From Polyangiales bacterium (GTDB lineage Bacteria; Myxococcota_A; Polyangia; Polyangiales; Houyiibacteriaceae): 11,621 nt of DNA. Below the pieces are notes generated by a model. It was not told where the DNA came from. It was given only the letters and a program-made list of their open reading frames with translations, and ran no database searches. The stretch is from contig JBGCFM010000265.1 in assembly GCA_045106895.1 (NCBI GenBank), positions 1 to 11,621 of the forward strand. Direction: 5' to 3'. The translations under genes and the position numbers were made by a program. Each line of letters starts with the position of its first letter. Positions within the stretch are counted from its first letter, which is position 1. Of this stretch, positions 1 through 7,388 are shown one piece after another.

Positions 1-1530
1 GGGGACTCCGGAACAGACTCCGGCGTGGTCAACATGGACGCGAGCGCAGATTCCGGCCCCGGCTCGGACTCCGGACCGAGCATGGACTCCGGACCCGGCT
101 CGGACTCCGGACCCGGCACGGACTCCGGACCCGGCGCGGACTCCGGGCCGCCGGCGACGGACTTGCGCGCGTTCCCCACCGCCGAAGGCTACGGCCGGGA
201 CACTGTGGGGGGACGCGGCGGGCGTGTCATCAAGGTGACCAACCTGAACGATTCAGGCCCCGGCAGTTTCCGCGAAGCTTGTGAAGCGAGCGGACCAAGG
301 ACCGTCGTCTTTGAGGTGGGCGGTCGCATCGACCTCGAGTCCACCATCGTCATCTCCAACCCCTTCATCACCATCGCGGGCCAGCACTCGGTGGGCGACG
401 GCATCATGCTGACGAAGGAAAGCGGCGCGCGGCCGATTCTCGAGATCGCCACCGACGAAGTCATCATTCGTTACCTTCGCTTTCGGCGCTCCGAAGAGCG
501 TGCCAGCGGCAGCAACCCGGACAACCTCTGGATGAACCGCGGGAACAACATCGTCGTCGACCACTGCTCCTTTGCCTGGGCGAGCGACGGCAACCTCGAC
601 ATCGCTAACTACGACGGGCAGCCAGGTCGGCCGAGCGAGCAGGTCCTCTCCAACATCACGGTTCAGTACACCATCTTTACGAACCCCTATGGCGGCGCGA
701 ACAAAAACCACTTGGTCTCCCGCGGCCCTTCGGAGATTTCGTGGTGGAGAAACGCTTGGCTCAGCACGGCGACACGCAACCCGTCTGTGTCCACGCCGGA
801 GCAAGAAGCGCCGACCTGGGACTCGCACTTCGAGCACGTGAACAACTTCCACTACGACTACTCAAACGGCCCCTCGTACAACTTGAATGACACCAGCGAG
901 GCCGCGGGCATCATGCACACCAACGTCATCAACAACATGGCGCGGGAGAACACCAACAGCGAAGGCATCGTTTCGCCAAACGTGGAGACCTACCCCATCT
1001 CAAGTCGCCGATGGTTGCGCGCCACGACGCAGGGCAACGGCATGCAGATCTTCGTGCAGGGGAACATCACGCCTTACCGTCCGAACGACACTTACGACGA
1101 GTGGGAGATCGGGCAGAACGGCGGCGGCCAGGCGGACCGTGACGTGCTCATTCCAGAGAACCTCCGCGCCGCGAGCATCAACGACACGCCCATCATTCGA
1201 GACGGCGTTCCTCTCTGGGCGCCCGCTGAGATTTGGGCAAATTTCCGCGGACACGTCGGCGCCTCGCTACCCACCCGCGACTCCGAGGATGCCCGCGCCG
1301 TGAGCGACGTGGACTCCGGCGAGAGCAGCGAGAACAACACGGAGAACACCTTCCCCATCATCGAAGGCGGCTCGCCCCTCGTCGACAGCGACGAAGACGG
1401 GATGCCCGACGACTACGAGATGGAGACCTACGGCTCGCTGGAGCGAGACGGCACAGGCTTCTTCGGCGGCAGCGTCTACACCGACCTAGAGACCTACCTA
1501 AACCTGAGAGCGCAGGAAAACAGGGACTAA
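1..1530 (+). CDS. Pectate lyase-like protein (PL1, parallel beta-helix), 5'-truncated; N-terminal DSGPG linker repeats and C-terminal Ca-binding Dx[DN]xDG motif
   Basis: Frame is open from base 1 (GDSGTDSGV...), so the true start lies upstream. Motifs: AFPTAEGYG..GGRGG, VTNLNDSGPGSFR, TVVFEVGG, ITIAGQ, IVVDHCSFAWASDGNLD (vWiDH-like plus Ca ligands), ITVQ, RNP (putative catalytic Arg), DSDEDGMPDDYE. Stop TAA at 1528-1530. Confidence 0.88.
   Translation, partial: GDSGTDSGVVNMDASADSGPGSDSGPSMDSGPGSDSGPGTDSGPGADSGPPATDLRAFPTAEGYGRDTVGGRGGRVIKVTNLNDSGPGSFREACEASGPRTVVFEVGGRIDLESTIVISNPFITIAGQHSVGDGIMLTKESGARPILEIATDEVIIRYLRFRRSEERASGSNPDNLWMNRGNNIVVDHCSFAWASDGNLDIANYDGQPGRPSEQVLSNITVQYTIFTNPYGGANKNHLVSRGPSEISWWRNAWLSTATRNPSVSTPEQEAPTWDSHFEHVNNFHYDYSNGPSYNLNDTSEAAGIMHTNVINNMARENTNSEGIVSPNVETYPISSRRWLRATTQGNGMQIFVQGNITPYRPNDTYDEWEIGQNGGGQADRDVLIPENLRAASINDTPIIRDGVPLWAPAEIWANFRGHVGASLPTRDSEDARAVSDVDSGESSENNTENTFPIIEGGSPLVDSDEDGMPDDYEMETYGSLERDGTGFFGGSVYTDLETYLNLRAQENRD
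49..156 (+). repeat. Intragenic tandem repeat, 6 x 18 bp (consensus GACTCCGGACCCGGCNCG) encoding DSGPGx
   Basis: Units at 49-66, 67-84, 85-102, 103-120, 121-138 and 139-156. Further DSG triplets at 4-12 and 16-24. Confidence 0.93.
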
Positions 1531-1537
1531 GAGAGAC

Positions 1538-1593
1538 TCTTGGGTTTCCCAAGAACGAGCGCCGGAGACCCCAGCGAGGTCACCGGCGCTCGT
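1538..1593 (+). terminator. Two tandem hairpins downstream of lyase 1 (possible terminator or mRNA-stabilising structure)
   Basis: Hairpin 1: TCTTGGG-TTT-CCCAAGA (1538-1554). Hairpin 2: ACGAGCGCCGG-A-GACC-[CCAGCGA]-GGTC-A-CCGGCGCTCGT (1555-1593; 11 bp + 4 bp stems). No poly-U tail, so terminator function is uncertain. Confidence 0.55.
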
Positions 1594-1639
1594 GCAATTG
1601 GCGCTCGGTAGGCCACGGCAGATCAGGTATCTTTCGCCC

Positions 1640-3184
1640 GTGTCTTCACCGGAGGAAACACAGCAAGCGGCGCGTTACGAGAGCGCCGTGCAGACCGGCG
1701 CCCTCCCCGCGGAGGAAGCCACGGGAATCTGGCGCGAGGTGATGAACGCGGCGCGCTTCGCACAGAGCGGCGCGGGGGCACCTCCTTCGCTCGCGGCGTT
1801 TGCGCAGACAGAACCTGGCACGCTCGGCCACGCGCGACTCATCGAGGCGCAGCTTCGAGTGTGCATCGCTAAGCACACGAACGTAGACGCACTCGTTGCC
1901 GAGTCACACCGCGCAAGCCCCGTCGATTCTCGCGCGGCCCTCGTCGCCTCGTTGGCCGAAGCCTGGCGCCGCTGGTCCGCGGGCGAAGCCGTCGACGCGG
2001 ATGCCCTCGCGGACGCACAACGACGAGCCGCGGCGGAACGCATGCCCGCCCTCTCCATTGAACTGATGAGCGTCCTGGCCCTGGTGGACCTTCGCGCAGG
2101 CGATCGCGATGGTGCCCTTCGACGCGCCCGGATTGCGTCACGCATGGGGCGAAGCGAAGGGATCCCCTACGCCGAGGTGCTCGCTAATCTGACGCTCGCG
2201 CGCGTCCGGCGAATGCACGCACGCCCCCACTTCGCCCTGCGGATTCTGCGCGGACTGAGACGCTACGCGCCGCCTATCTGGCACTCATGGCTATCGTGGG
2301 AAGCGCTCATGGCCGGCCGATGGAACGAAGAAGGCGCGCCTTTGTGGCCGCTTCTTAAGGCCGCTTCGGAAGGCACACGATCGCAGCTTCACGCGGCGGC
2401 GGGAGAACTCGACCTGAGCGCCCTCCCGCAGCCGCTCCAGGCGGATGCGCACGCGGCCATCGCGTTGCTCACACGTGGCGACGAGGACAGCGCGCTCAAC
2501 GCCTGGCGCGACGGAACCACCGATGCGCTCCCTCCTGCGCTCGCTGGCTTGGCTTTTGCGCTTCCTTCGCCGGGTTCCGCTGCCTTTCACAGCTGGGTCG
2601 CCGTCGGTGGCGAGGCGAGCGAAGGTGCCGCCCGCATCTCCCACCTCGAGAGCGAACTCGCCAAAAACGATGGGTTTGCCGTCCTGGACCGGCCTCATCA
2701 GCCGCGCGCTGACACCGGCGTCGCCATGCTGAGCTTGGCGAAGGAGCCCATCGAAAAGGAAGCGTACTTCCATGCGCTCTACGGTTTCCCTTTCGAAGCG
2801 GCGCTTCATGCCGCCACATTCTCGATGCACCTGAGCCGCGTCCGCGAGCGGATTCAGCCCCACGCGACCCTCATCACCGAAAACGAAACGCTGCACCTCG
2901 TACATCATGCGCGTGTCTTGCTCCCCGACCCGCGATGCAAGGAGCTCCTGGCGCAGCGCGCGCTACGTGTCCTGGCCGAATACCCGGACGGGCTCTCGAC
3001 GCGTGCGCTGGCGGCGACGCTTGGCTCCACTCTGCGAACGGCACAGCGCGCGATTCATGCGCTCATGGACGATGGCGTCATCGAGTCCACGCCCCAAGGA
3101 CGTGGTACCGTGTATAGCGTCGAAGACTCCACCTTCTCCGAACCCACGATGAGCCGAACCTTCGATCCCCCGCCTCGTCGATGA
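1640..3184 (+). CDS. Putative transcriptional regulator: Ala/Leu/Arg-rich helical (TPR/MalT-like) N-terminus, OmpR/PhoB-like wHTH, and a second C-terminal wHTH
   Basis: The ORF track starts at GTG 1592, which lies inside the hairpin; in-frame GTG 1640 is more plausible. C-terminal LSTRALAATLGSTLRTAQRAIHALMDDGVIESTPQGRGTVY is a typical HTH plus wing. EKEAYFHALYGFPFEAALHAATFSMHLSRVRERI resembles the Trans_reg_C recognition helix. No signal peptide seen. Confidence 0.72.
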   Translation: MSSPEETQQAARYESAVQTGALPAEEATGIWREVMNAARFAQSGAGAPPSLAAFAQTEPGTLGHARLIEAQLRVCIAKHTNVDALVAESHRASPVDSRAALVASLAEAWRRWSAGEAVDADALADAQRRAAAERMPALSIELMSVLALVDLRAGDRDGALRRARIASRMGRSEGIPYAEVLANLTLARVRRMHARPHFALRILRGLRRYAPPIWHSWLSWEALMAGRWNEEGAPLWPLLKAASEGTRSQLHAAAGELDLSALPQPLQADAHAAIALLTRGDEDSALNAWRDGTTDALPPALAGLAFALPSPGSAAFHSWVAVGGEASEGAARISHLESELAKNDGFAVLDRPHQPRADTGVAMLSLAKEPIEKEAYFHALYGFPFEAALHAATFSMHLSRVRERIQPHATLITENETLHLVHHARVLLPDPRCKELLAQRALRVLAEYPDGLSTRALAATLGSTLRTAQRAIHALMDDGVIESTPQGRGTVYSVEDSTFSEPTMSRTFDPPPRR

Positions 3185-4212
3185 GAGCCTCCACCGACAG
3201 CCCTCGCGTACTCCTCGTTCTGATGGCGCTCTTCGGCGCGTGCACGGTGCCCTCGGACGCCTTCGACGAGCTCCCCTGCCCCTGCGGCGAAGGTTGGTTC
3301 TGTTCGTCGCGGCGCGTTTGCGTACCGGACGAAGACGGCAGCGACCCGCCGGCGGTGGAGCCCACCTGCTGGCAAGAGCGCCTCGGCTGCGACTGGAGCG
3401 AAGCGGGCTCTTTTGTCTTCGAAGAAGACGCCGGCGATGTCATCTCGCTCTCCGTCAGCGACGCGAACCTGAGTTTCTCGCCCGATGGGTGCACCGTCTT
3501 CGTCAACCGCGCCGAACCGGACCGCATCGACACCACGGACATCCACATCTTTCAGGCGACGCGCGCCGGCCCCGACGGTACGTTTGGGGAAGCCACGCGT
3601 ATCGCGGAGATTGGAAGCCCAGGGTCCGGCGAAGGCAAAGCCACGATGTCTCCGGATGGCTTGGAGCTCTACTACTTGGCCGCCGAAGTTTTCGGTGTCG
3701 ACGTCGCCCGCGTATTTCGCTCGGAGCGAGCACGCGTCGGCGACCCGTGGGGGCCTGGCACTCAGGTGGACAACTTGAGCGCGCCGGGCATTGAGACCTT
3801 CGACATGTTCTTGGCGCCGCACGGCCTCCGCGCCTACTTCTCTCGGCCGACGCTCGCGTCGGACCAGGACATTCTCGTCGCCGAGCGCGCGGACTTCCGC
3901 TCTCCCTTCGGCCCTCCCCGCACGTTGGATGAGGTGTCGATGGGCGTACTCCCGGAAATCGAGCCCATCGTCAGCGCCGATGGGCGTGTGATGACCTACG
4001 TCACGATCCCCGCCGTCGGTGCGACGAGACAGCTCTACTACGCGACGCGGGCGAGCTGGCGCGACCCATGGACGCCCCGCGGAGCCGTCCCCGGACCGTA
4101 TTTCACCGAAGGAGACGAGTTTGAAGGCGCGGTCTCGCCGGACGCTTGCGAGCTTCTGGTGCGCCGCGGCCGCGACATTCGGCGCTTCGTCTACCGCTCG
4201 ACGGCGGAGTGA
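3181..4212 (+). CDS. Lipoprotein with PD40/TolB-like beta-propeller repeats and a small N-terminal Cys-rich module
   Basis: Signal RVLLVLMALFGA|C; module CPCGEGWFCSSRRVC. Five repeats: SFSPDGCTVFV, TMSPDGLELYY, FLAPHGLRAYF, IVSADGRVMTY, AVSPDACELLV, the first four followed by R-x4-[PT]-[FW]. ATGA overlap with the upstream stop at 3181-3184. Confidence 0.8.
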   Translation: MRASTDSPRVLLVLMALFGACTVPSDAFDELPCPCGEGWFCSSRRVCVPDEDGSDPPAVEPTCWQERLGCDWSEAGSFVFEEDAGDVISLSVSDANLSFSPDGCTVFVNRAEPDRIDTTDIHIFQATRAGPDGTFGEATRIAEIGSPGSGEGKATMSPDGLELYYLAAEVFGVDVARVFRSERARVGDPWGPGTQVDNLSAPGIETFDMFLAPHGLRAYFSRPTLASDQDILVAERADFRSPFGPPRTLDEVSMGVLPEIEPIVSADGRVMTYVTIPAVGATRQLYYATRASWRDPWTPRGAVPGPYFTEGDEFEGAVSPDACELLVRRGRDIRRFVYRSTAE

Positions 4213-4216
4213 GCCG

Positions 4217-4241
4217 ACTCGCGCCACCCTCGTTGTGGACG
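4217..4241 (+). promoter_or_regulatory. Conserved 25-bp upstream element, copy 1 (putative operator/promoter)
   Basis: ACTCGCGCCACCCTCGTTGTGGACG, identical to 5873-5897. Contains the dyad CCAC-N7-GTGG. Intergenic, upstream of lyase 2. Confidence 0.7.
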
Positions 4242-4271
4242 ACGCATCCGTCACGCGCTTTTCTCTAAGGG

Positions 4272-5846
4272 ATGACGACCTCCAGCCTTCGCCCAGCGCC
4301 CATGGCCCCCTTTTCCGCAGCCGCGCTGCGAACTCTATCTTTCGCGGGCCTTGCGCTTTGTGTCGCGTGCGGCGACGACACGACCTTCGCTGACGCGGCG
4401 CCGGACGTCATCACCTTGGACGGAGGCGCGGCTGCCGACGCGGCCCCGGATGCGCTGACTCCGGATGCGAGCGGCGACGCCAGCATGGACGCGATGACGC
4501 CCGACGCGATGACGCCCGACGCGCGAACAGAGCCCGAGCCGGTGCGGGCTTTCCCCGGCGCCGAAGGCTACGGTCAGAACGCCCTCGGCGGTCGCGGCGG
4601 AGAGGTCCTGAAAGTCACAAACCTCAACGACAGCGGTCCCGGCAGCTTCCGCGAGGCCTGCGAAGCCTCGGGCCCGCGAACCGTGGTCTTCGACGTCGGC
4701 GGCCGCATCAACCTATCCTCGACGATCACCGTCTCCAACCCTTTCATCACCATCGCCGGACAACACAGCGCCGGCGACGGAATCACCTTGAGCATGGAGG
4801 GCACGCCCAACGAACCCGTGCTCTCGATTCAGACGCACGACGTTATCCTTCGTTACCTCACGATCCGGCGCTCGGAAAACGAGGTCTCGGAGACGAACTC
4901 AGACTGCCTCGTCTTGACGGACGCCCACGACGTCGTCGTGGACCACTGCTCCTTCAGCTGGGCGAGCGACGAGAACATCGCCATCTACGACTACGACGGA
5001 AACGGCGAGGCCAACACCTACAATATCACCGTTCAGAACAGCCTCATCGACACGGCGTGGGGCGGCAGCGACAAGGGCATCTTGGCGTCCGGCGGCATCG
5101 ACCGGCTGACCTTCTACAACCTGCTCTTCACCAGCGTGGGACAGCGGCAGCCCCTGATCAAGAACCAAGAAGGCGACTACGTCACCGACGAGACCTACTT
5201 CGAGATCATCAACACCGTCACCTTCGAAGGCAAACTCCACGCGTCGTTTCCCAACAACGTCGAGGAGGCTGGGCTCAAGCACCTGAACTACATCAACAAC
5301 CTCTGCATCGACTCCGGGTTCTCGCGAAACATGCTCTACGTCGACACGGACTTTCCCGTTTCGGTCTACGCACGCGGCAATATCAGCCCGCTTCGCACGT
5401 CCATCTCGGCGCCCGTCGACTGGGATGAAGAGTGGAGCATCATTCAGCCCGGCGGCGGCAGAGACGACGTGGAGAACACGCTCACGACGGACTACCGCGT
5501 GACGACGCCGGCGGACACCCCACTCATCCGTGATGGCGTCGCTTTGGCCCCCGCCGTGGACCTCTTCGAGAGCCTCCGAGGGCACGTCGGCGCTTCCCTT
5601 CCAACCCGCGACAGCGAAGACGAGCGCGCCATCAACGACGTCGTGACGCGCATGGCCACGGCGAACTCCACCTCCGGGACCTTCCCCGTTCTTGCCAGCG
5701 GAACGCCCGAAGCCGACGCCGACAACGACGGAATGCCCGACGCCTGGGAGGACGAACGAGGCCTCGACCCCCGCGCCGACGACAGCGCCGACGACCGAGA
5801 CGGTGATGGCTACACGAACATCGAAGAGTTCCTCAACTCACTCTAG
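4272..5846 (+). CDS. Pectate lyase-like lipoprotein (PL1), paralogue of 1-1530
   Basis: Lipobox LALCVA|CGDD (Cys at 4368); alternative start ATG 4302; D/A/P-rich linker. Motifs: AFPGAEGYG, VTNLNDSGPGSFR, VVVDHCSFSWASDEN, RQP, and C-terminal DADNDGMPDAWE and DRDGDGYTNIEEFLN Ca-binding motifs. Confidence 0.9.
   Translation: MTTSSLRPAPMAPFSAAALRTLSFAGLALCVACGDDTTFADAAPDVITLDGGAAADAAPDALTPDASGDASMDAMTPDAMTPDARTEPEPVRAFPGAEGYGQNALGGRGGEVLKVTNLNDSGPGSFREACEASGPRTVVFDVGGRINLSSTITVSNPFITIAGQHSAGDGITLSMEGTPNEPVLSIQTHDVILRYLTIRRSENEVSETNSDCLVLTDAHDVVVDHCSFSWASDENIAIYDYDGNGEANTYNITVQNSLIDTAWGGSDKGILASGGIDRLTFYNLLFTSVGQRQPLIKNQEGDYVTDETYFEIINTVTFEGKLHASFPNNVEEAGLKHLNYINNLCIDSGFSRNMLYVDTDFPVSVYARGNISPLRTSISAPVDWDEEWSIIQPGGGRDDVENTLTTDYRVTTPADTPLIRDGVALAPAVDLFESLRGHVGASLPTRDSEDERAINDVVTRMATANSTSGTFPVLASGTPEADADNDGMPDAWEDERGLDPRADDSADDRDGDGYTNIEEFLNSL
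4488..4523 (+). repeat. Intragenic perfect tandem repeat, 2.4 x 15 bp (GACGCGATGACGCCC) encoding DAMTP
   Basis: Units at 4488-4502 and 4503-4517, partial unit 4518-4523, within the linker of lyase 2. Confidence 0.85.
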
Positions 5847-5872
5847 CTGGGCGGAGAAATGCCCGGAAAGGC

Positions 5873-5897
5873 ACTCGCGCCACCCTCGTTGTGGACG
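5873..5897 (+). promoter_or_regulatory. Conserved 25-bp upstream element, copy 2 (putative operator/promoter)
   Basis: Identical to 4217-4241. Intergenic, ending 75 nt before ATG 5973 of lyase 3. Confidence 0.7.
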
Positions 5898-5972
5898 TGA
5901 CGCGAGGCCTAGGCTTCAATCTCGGAGTCGCCTTCTTGTGCCAGTCTTTGTCCCTCCCATCGAAAGCCAACC

Positions 5973-7388
5973 ATGCGCGCCCTCGGACCCTTTCGTTTCT
6001 TGTCTCTCGCCGGCCTCCTGCTCTCCATTGCCTGCGGCGACGACGCCTCGGCGCCGGATGGCGGGGGCGACGCTGTCTCTAGCGATGCAGCGGCCCTCGA
6101 CGGGCGGACGGCGGACGGCGGCGCCTTAGACGCGGGCAACGCGCTGGACTGTGAGTCCCTCGCCGCGGACAACGGCTGGGAGTTCTGTTCCGGCGATGCG
6201 CTCGGATGCAGCATCGTCTTCGAAGACAGCACAGGCTGCGCCGCCGCGTGCAGCGCCCTTGGCCTCGAGTGCGCGCAGAGCTACGACGACGACGCGGGCA
6301 TGTGTGACTACCAGCGCGACGCTCCTGCATTGGGCTGCGCGGACACGGGACATGGGTCCGACTACTGCGTCTGCTCCGTAGGCGCCTCCGCGGACGCTGG
6401 CGTTGGTGGAGGAACGCGAGACGCCGGCCCCGGGGACGCCGCAACGATGGACGCCGCGAGCGGCGAAGGCCACGAGGCGCTCTTGGATGAGCTCGTCGGC
6501 TTCGGCGAAGGCACCACCGGAGGCGCCGGCGGCCCCGTCGTCCTCGTCACCAACCTCAACGACAGCGGCGCAGGTTCTCTGCGCGCCGCGGCGACGGCGG
6601 AGGGCCCTGCATGGATTCGATTCATGGTGAGCGGCGTCATCTCTCTCTCCTCGAACATCGAGCTCACGAGCGACAAGACCATCGACGGACGCGGCGCCGA
6701 CATCACCATCACGGGCTACGGGCTCTTCGTTCAGGGCGGCGCTGAGAACGTCATCCTCAACAACCTCAAGTTGCGGGATTCGTCCAATGACCTCATCCGA
6801 TTCTACGACGGCGGCTCGCATATGTGGGTTCACCACTGCGACCTCTCGAACGGCGGAGACGGCGCATTCGATGCCACGGACCGAACCTCCAACGTCACGG
6901 TCTCCTACACGCACATCTTCGACCACGACAAAGCGATGCTCGTCGGCGCCGGAAGCGACGATGGGGACGGCGAAGGCATGCGCTGGACGGGCCACCACAA
7001 CTGGTACGAGGACGTCGTTCAGCGGCTGCCCTTCATTCGTTTTGGCCGCGCTCATTCCTTCAACAACCTCATCGAGTGGCGCAGCGGCACCGCCATGAGC
7101 GTCCGCCTGACGCCGGCGCAGATGCTCGTGGAAAACAACATCCTCGCGCCCCAGACCAACGTAGGCCACAAGGTCATCTCCGAGTCCGATGGCCGCGGCG
7201 CCGTTCGTTTCGTCGGCAACCTGGAGCGCCCACTGAGCGGCGACGAGATCGAGTTCACCGAGTTCATGCCGGACGCCGTCTTCGACGCAAGCGCGAGCTA
7301 CGCCTACGAAGCGGAGGTCGCCGACGACGCACTCATTGCGCGGCTCCGCGCCGAGGCCGGGTGGCAAGATGTTCCTTGGCCCGAGTAG
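5973..7388 (+). CDS. Pectate lyase lipoprotein (PL1, classic Pec_lyase/Amb-allergen type) with an N-terminal 10-Cys module
   Basis: Lipobox LLSIA|CGDD (Cys at 6033); Cys module at 6150-6374. Catalytic-domain motifs: GFGEGTTGGAGG, VTNLNDSGAGSLR, SDKTIDGRGA, NVILNNL, WVHHC, DGAFD, VTVSY, HDKAMLVG, QRLPFIRFG (RxPxxR), HSFNN. Confidence 0.92.
   Translation: MRALGPFRFLSLAGLLLSIACGDDASAPDGGGDAVSSDAAALDGRTADGGALDAGNALDCESLAADNGWEFCSGDALGCSIVFEDSTGCAAACSALGLECAQSYDDDAGMCDYQRDAPALGCADTGHGSDYCVCSVGASADAGVGGGTRDAGPGDAATMDAASGEGHEALLDELVGFGEGTTGGAGGPVVLVTNLNDSGAGSLRAAATAEGPAWIRFMVSGVISLSSNIELTSDKTIDGRGADITITGYGLFVQGGAENVILNNLKLRDSSNDLIRFYDGGSHMWVHHCDLSNGGDGAFDATDRTSNVTVSYTHIFDHDKAMLVGAGSDDGDGEGMRWTGHHNWYEDVVQRLPFIRFGRAHSFNNLIEWRSGTAMSVRLTPAQMLVENNILAPQTNVGHKVISESDGRGAVRFVGNLERPLSGDEIEFTEFMPDAVFDASASYAYEAEVADDALIARLRAEAGWQDVPWPE
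6150..6374 (+). repeat. 10-Cys protein module, copy 1 (homologous to 7960-8181)
   Basis: Manual alignment to copy 2 gives 47/75 identical residues with all 10 Cys conserved. Confidence 0.85.

Noticed and set aside
49..156. Regular repeat considered as a CRISPR array
   Set aside because: The units are contiguous 18-mers in coding frame with no unique spacers, and no cas genes are present.
1592..1639. ORF-track start of the regulator at GTG 1592
   Set aside because: It lies within the stem of the strong hairpin and has no SD. GTG 1640 is preferred, though unproven.
4236..4250. Sigma-54 promoter within the 25-bp element
   Set aside because: The required GG-N10-GC spacing (TGGCAC-N5-TTGC) is not met in copy 1, and neither copy has TTGC at the -12 position.
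3055..4254. 399-aa antisense ORF
   Set aside because: Shadow of the PD40 lipoprotein gene; Arg/Ala-rich with no domain signal.
4217..5897. The 25-bp direct repeats considered as att sites or a target-site duplication flanking lyase 2
   Set aside because: No integrase, transposase or terminal inverted repeats are present. The fixed-offset downstream box and similar signal peptides fit a regulatory role better, although recombination between the copies cannot be excluded.
6126..7367. 413-aa antisense ORF
   Set aside because: It mirrors the pectate lyase on the opposite strand. Long antisense ORFs are expected in high-GC coding DNA, and it has no recognisable motifs.
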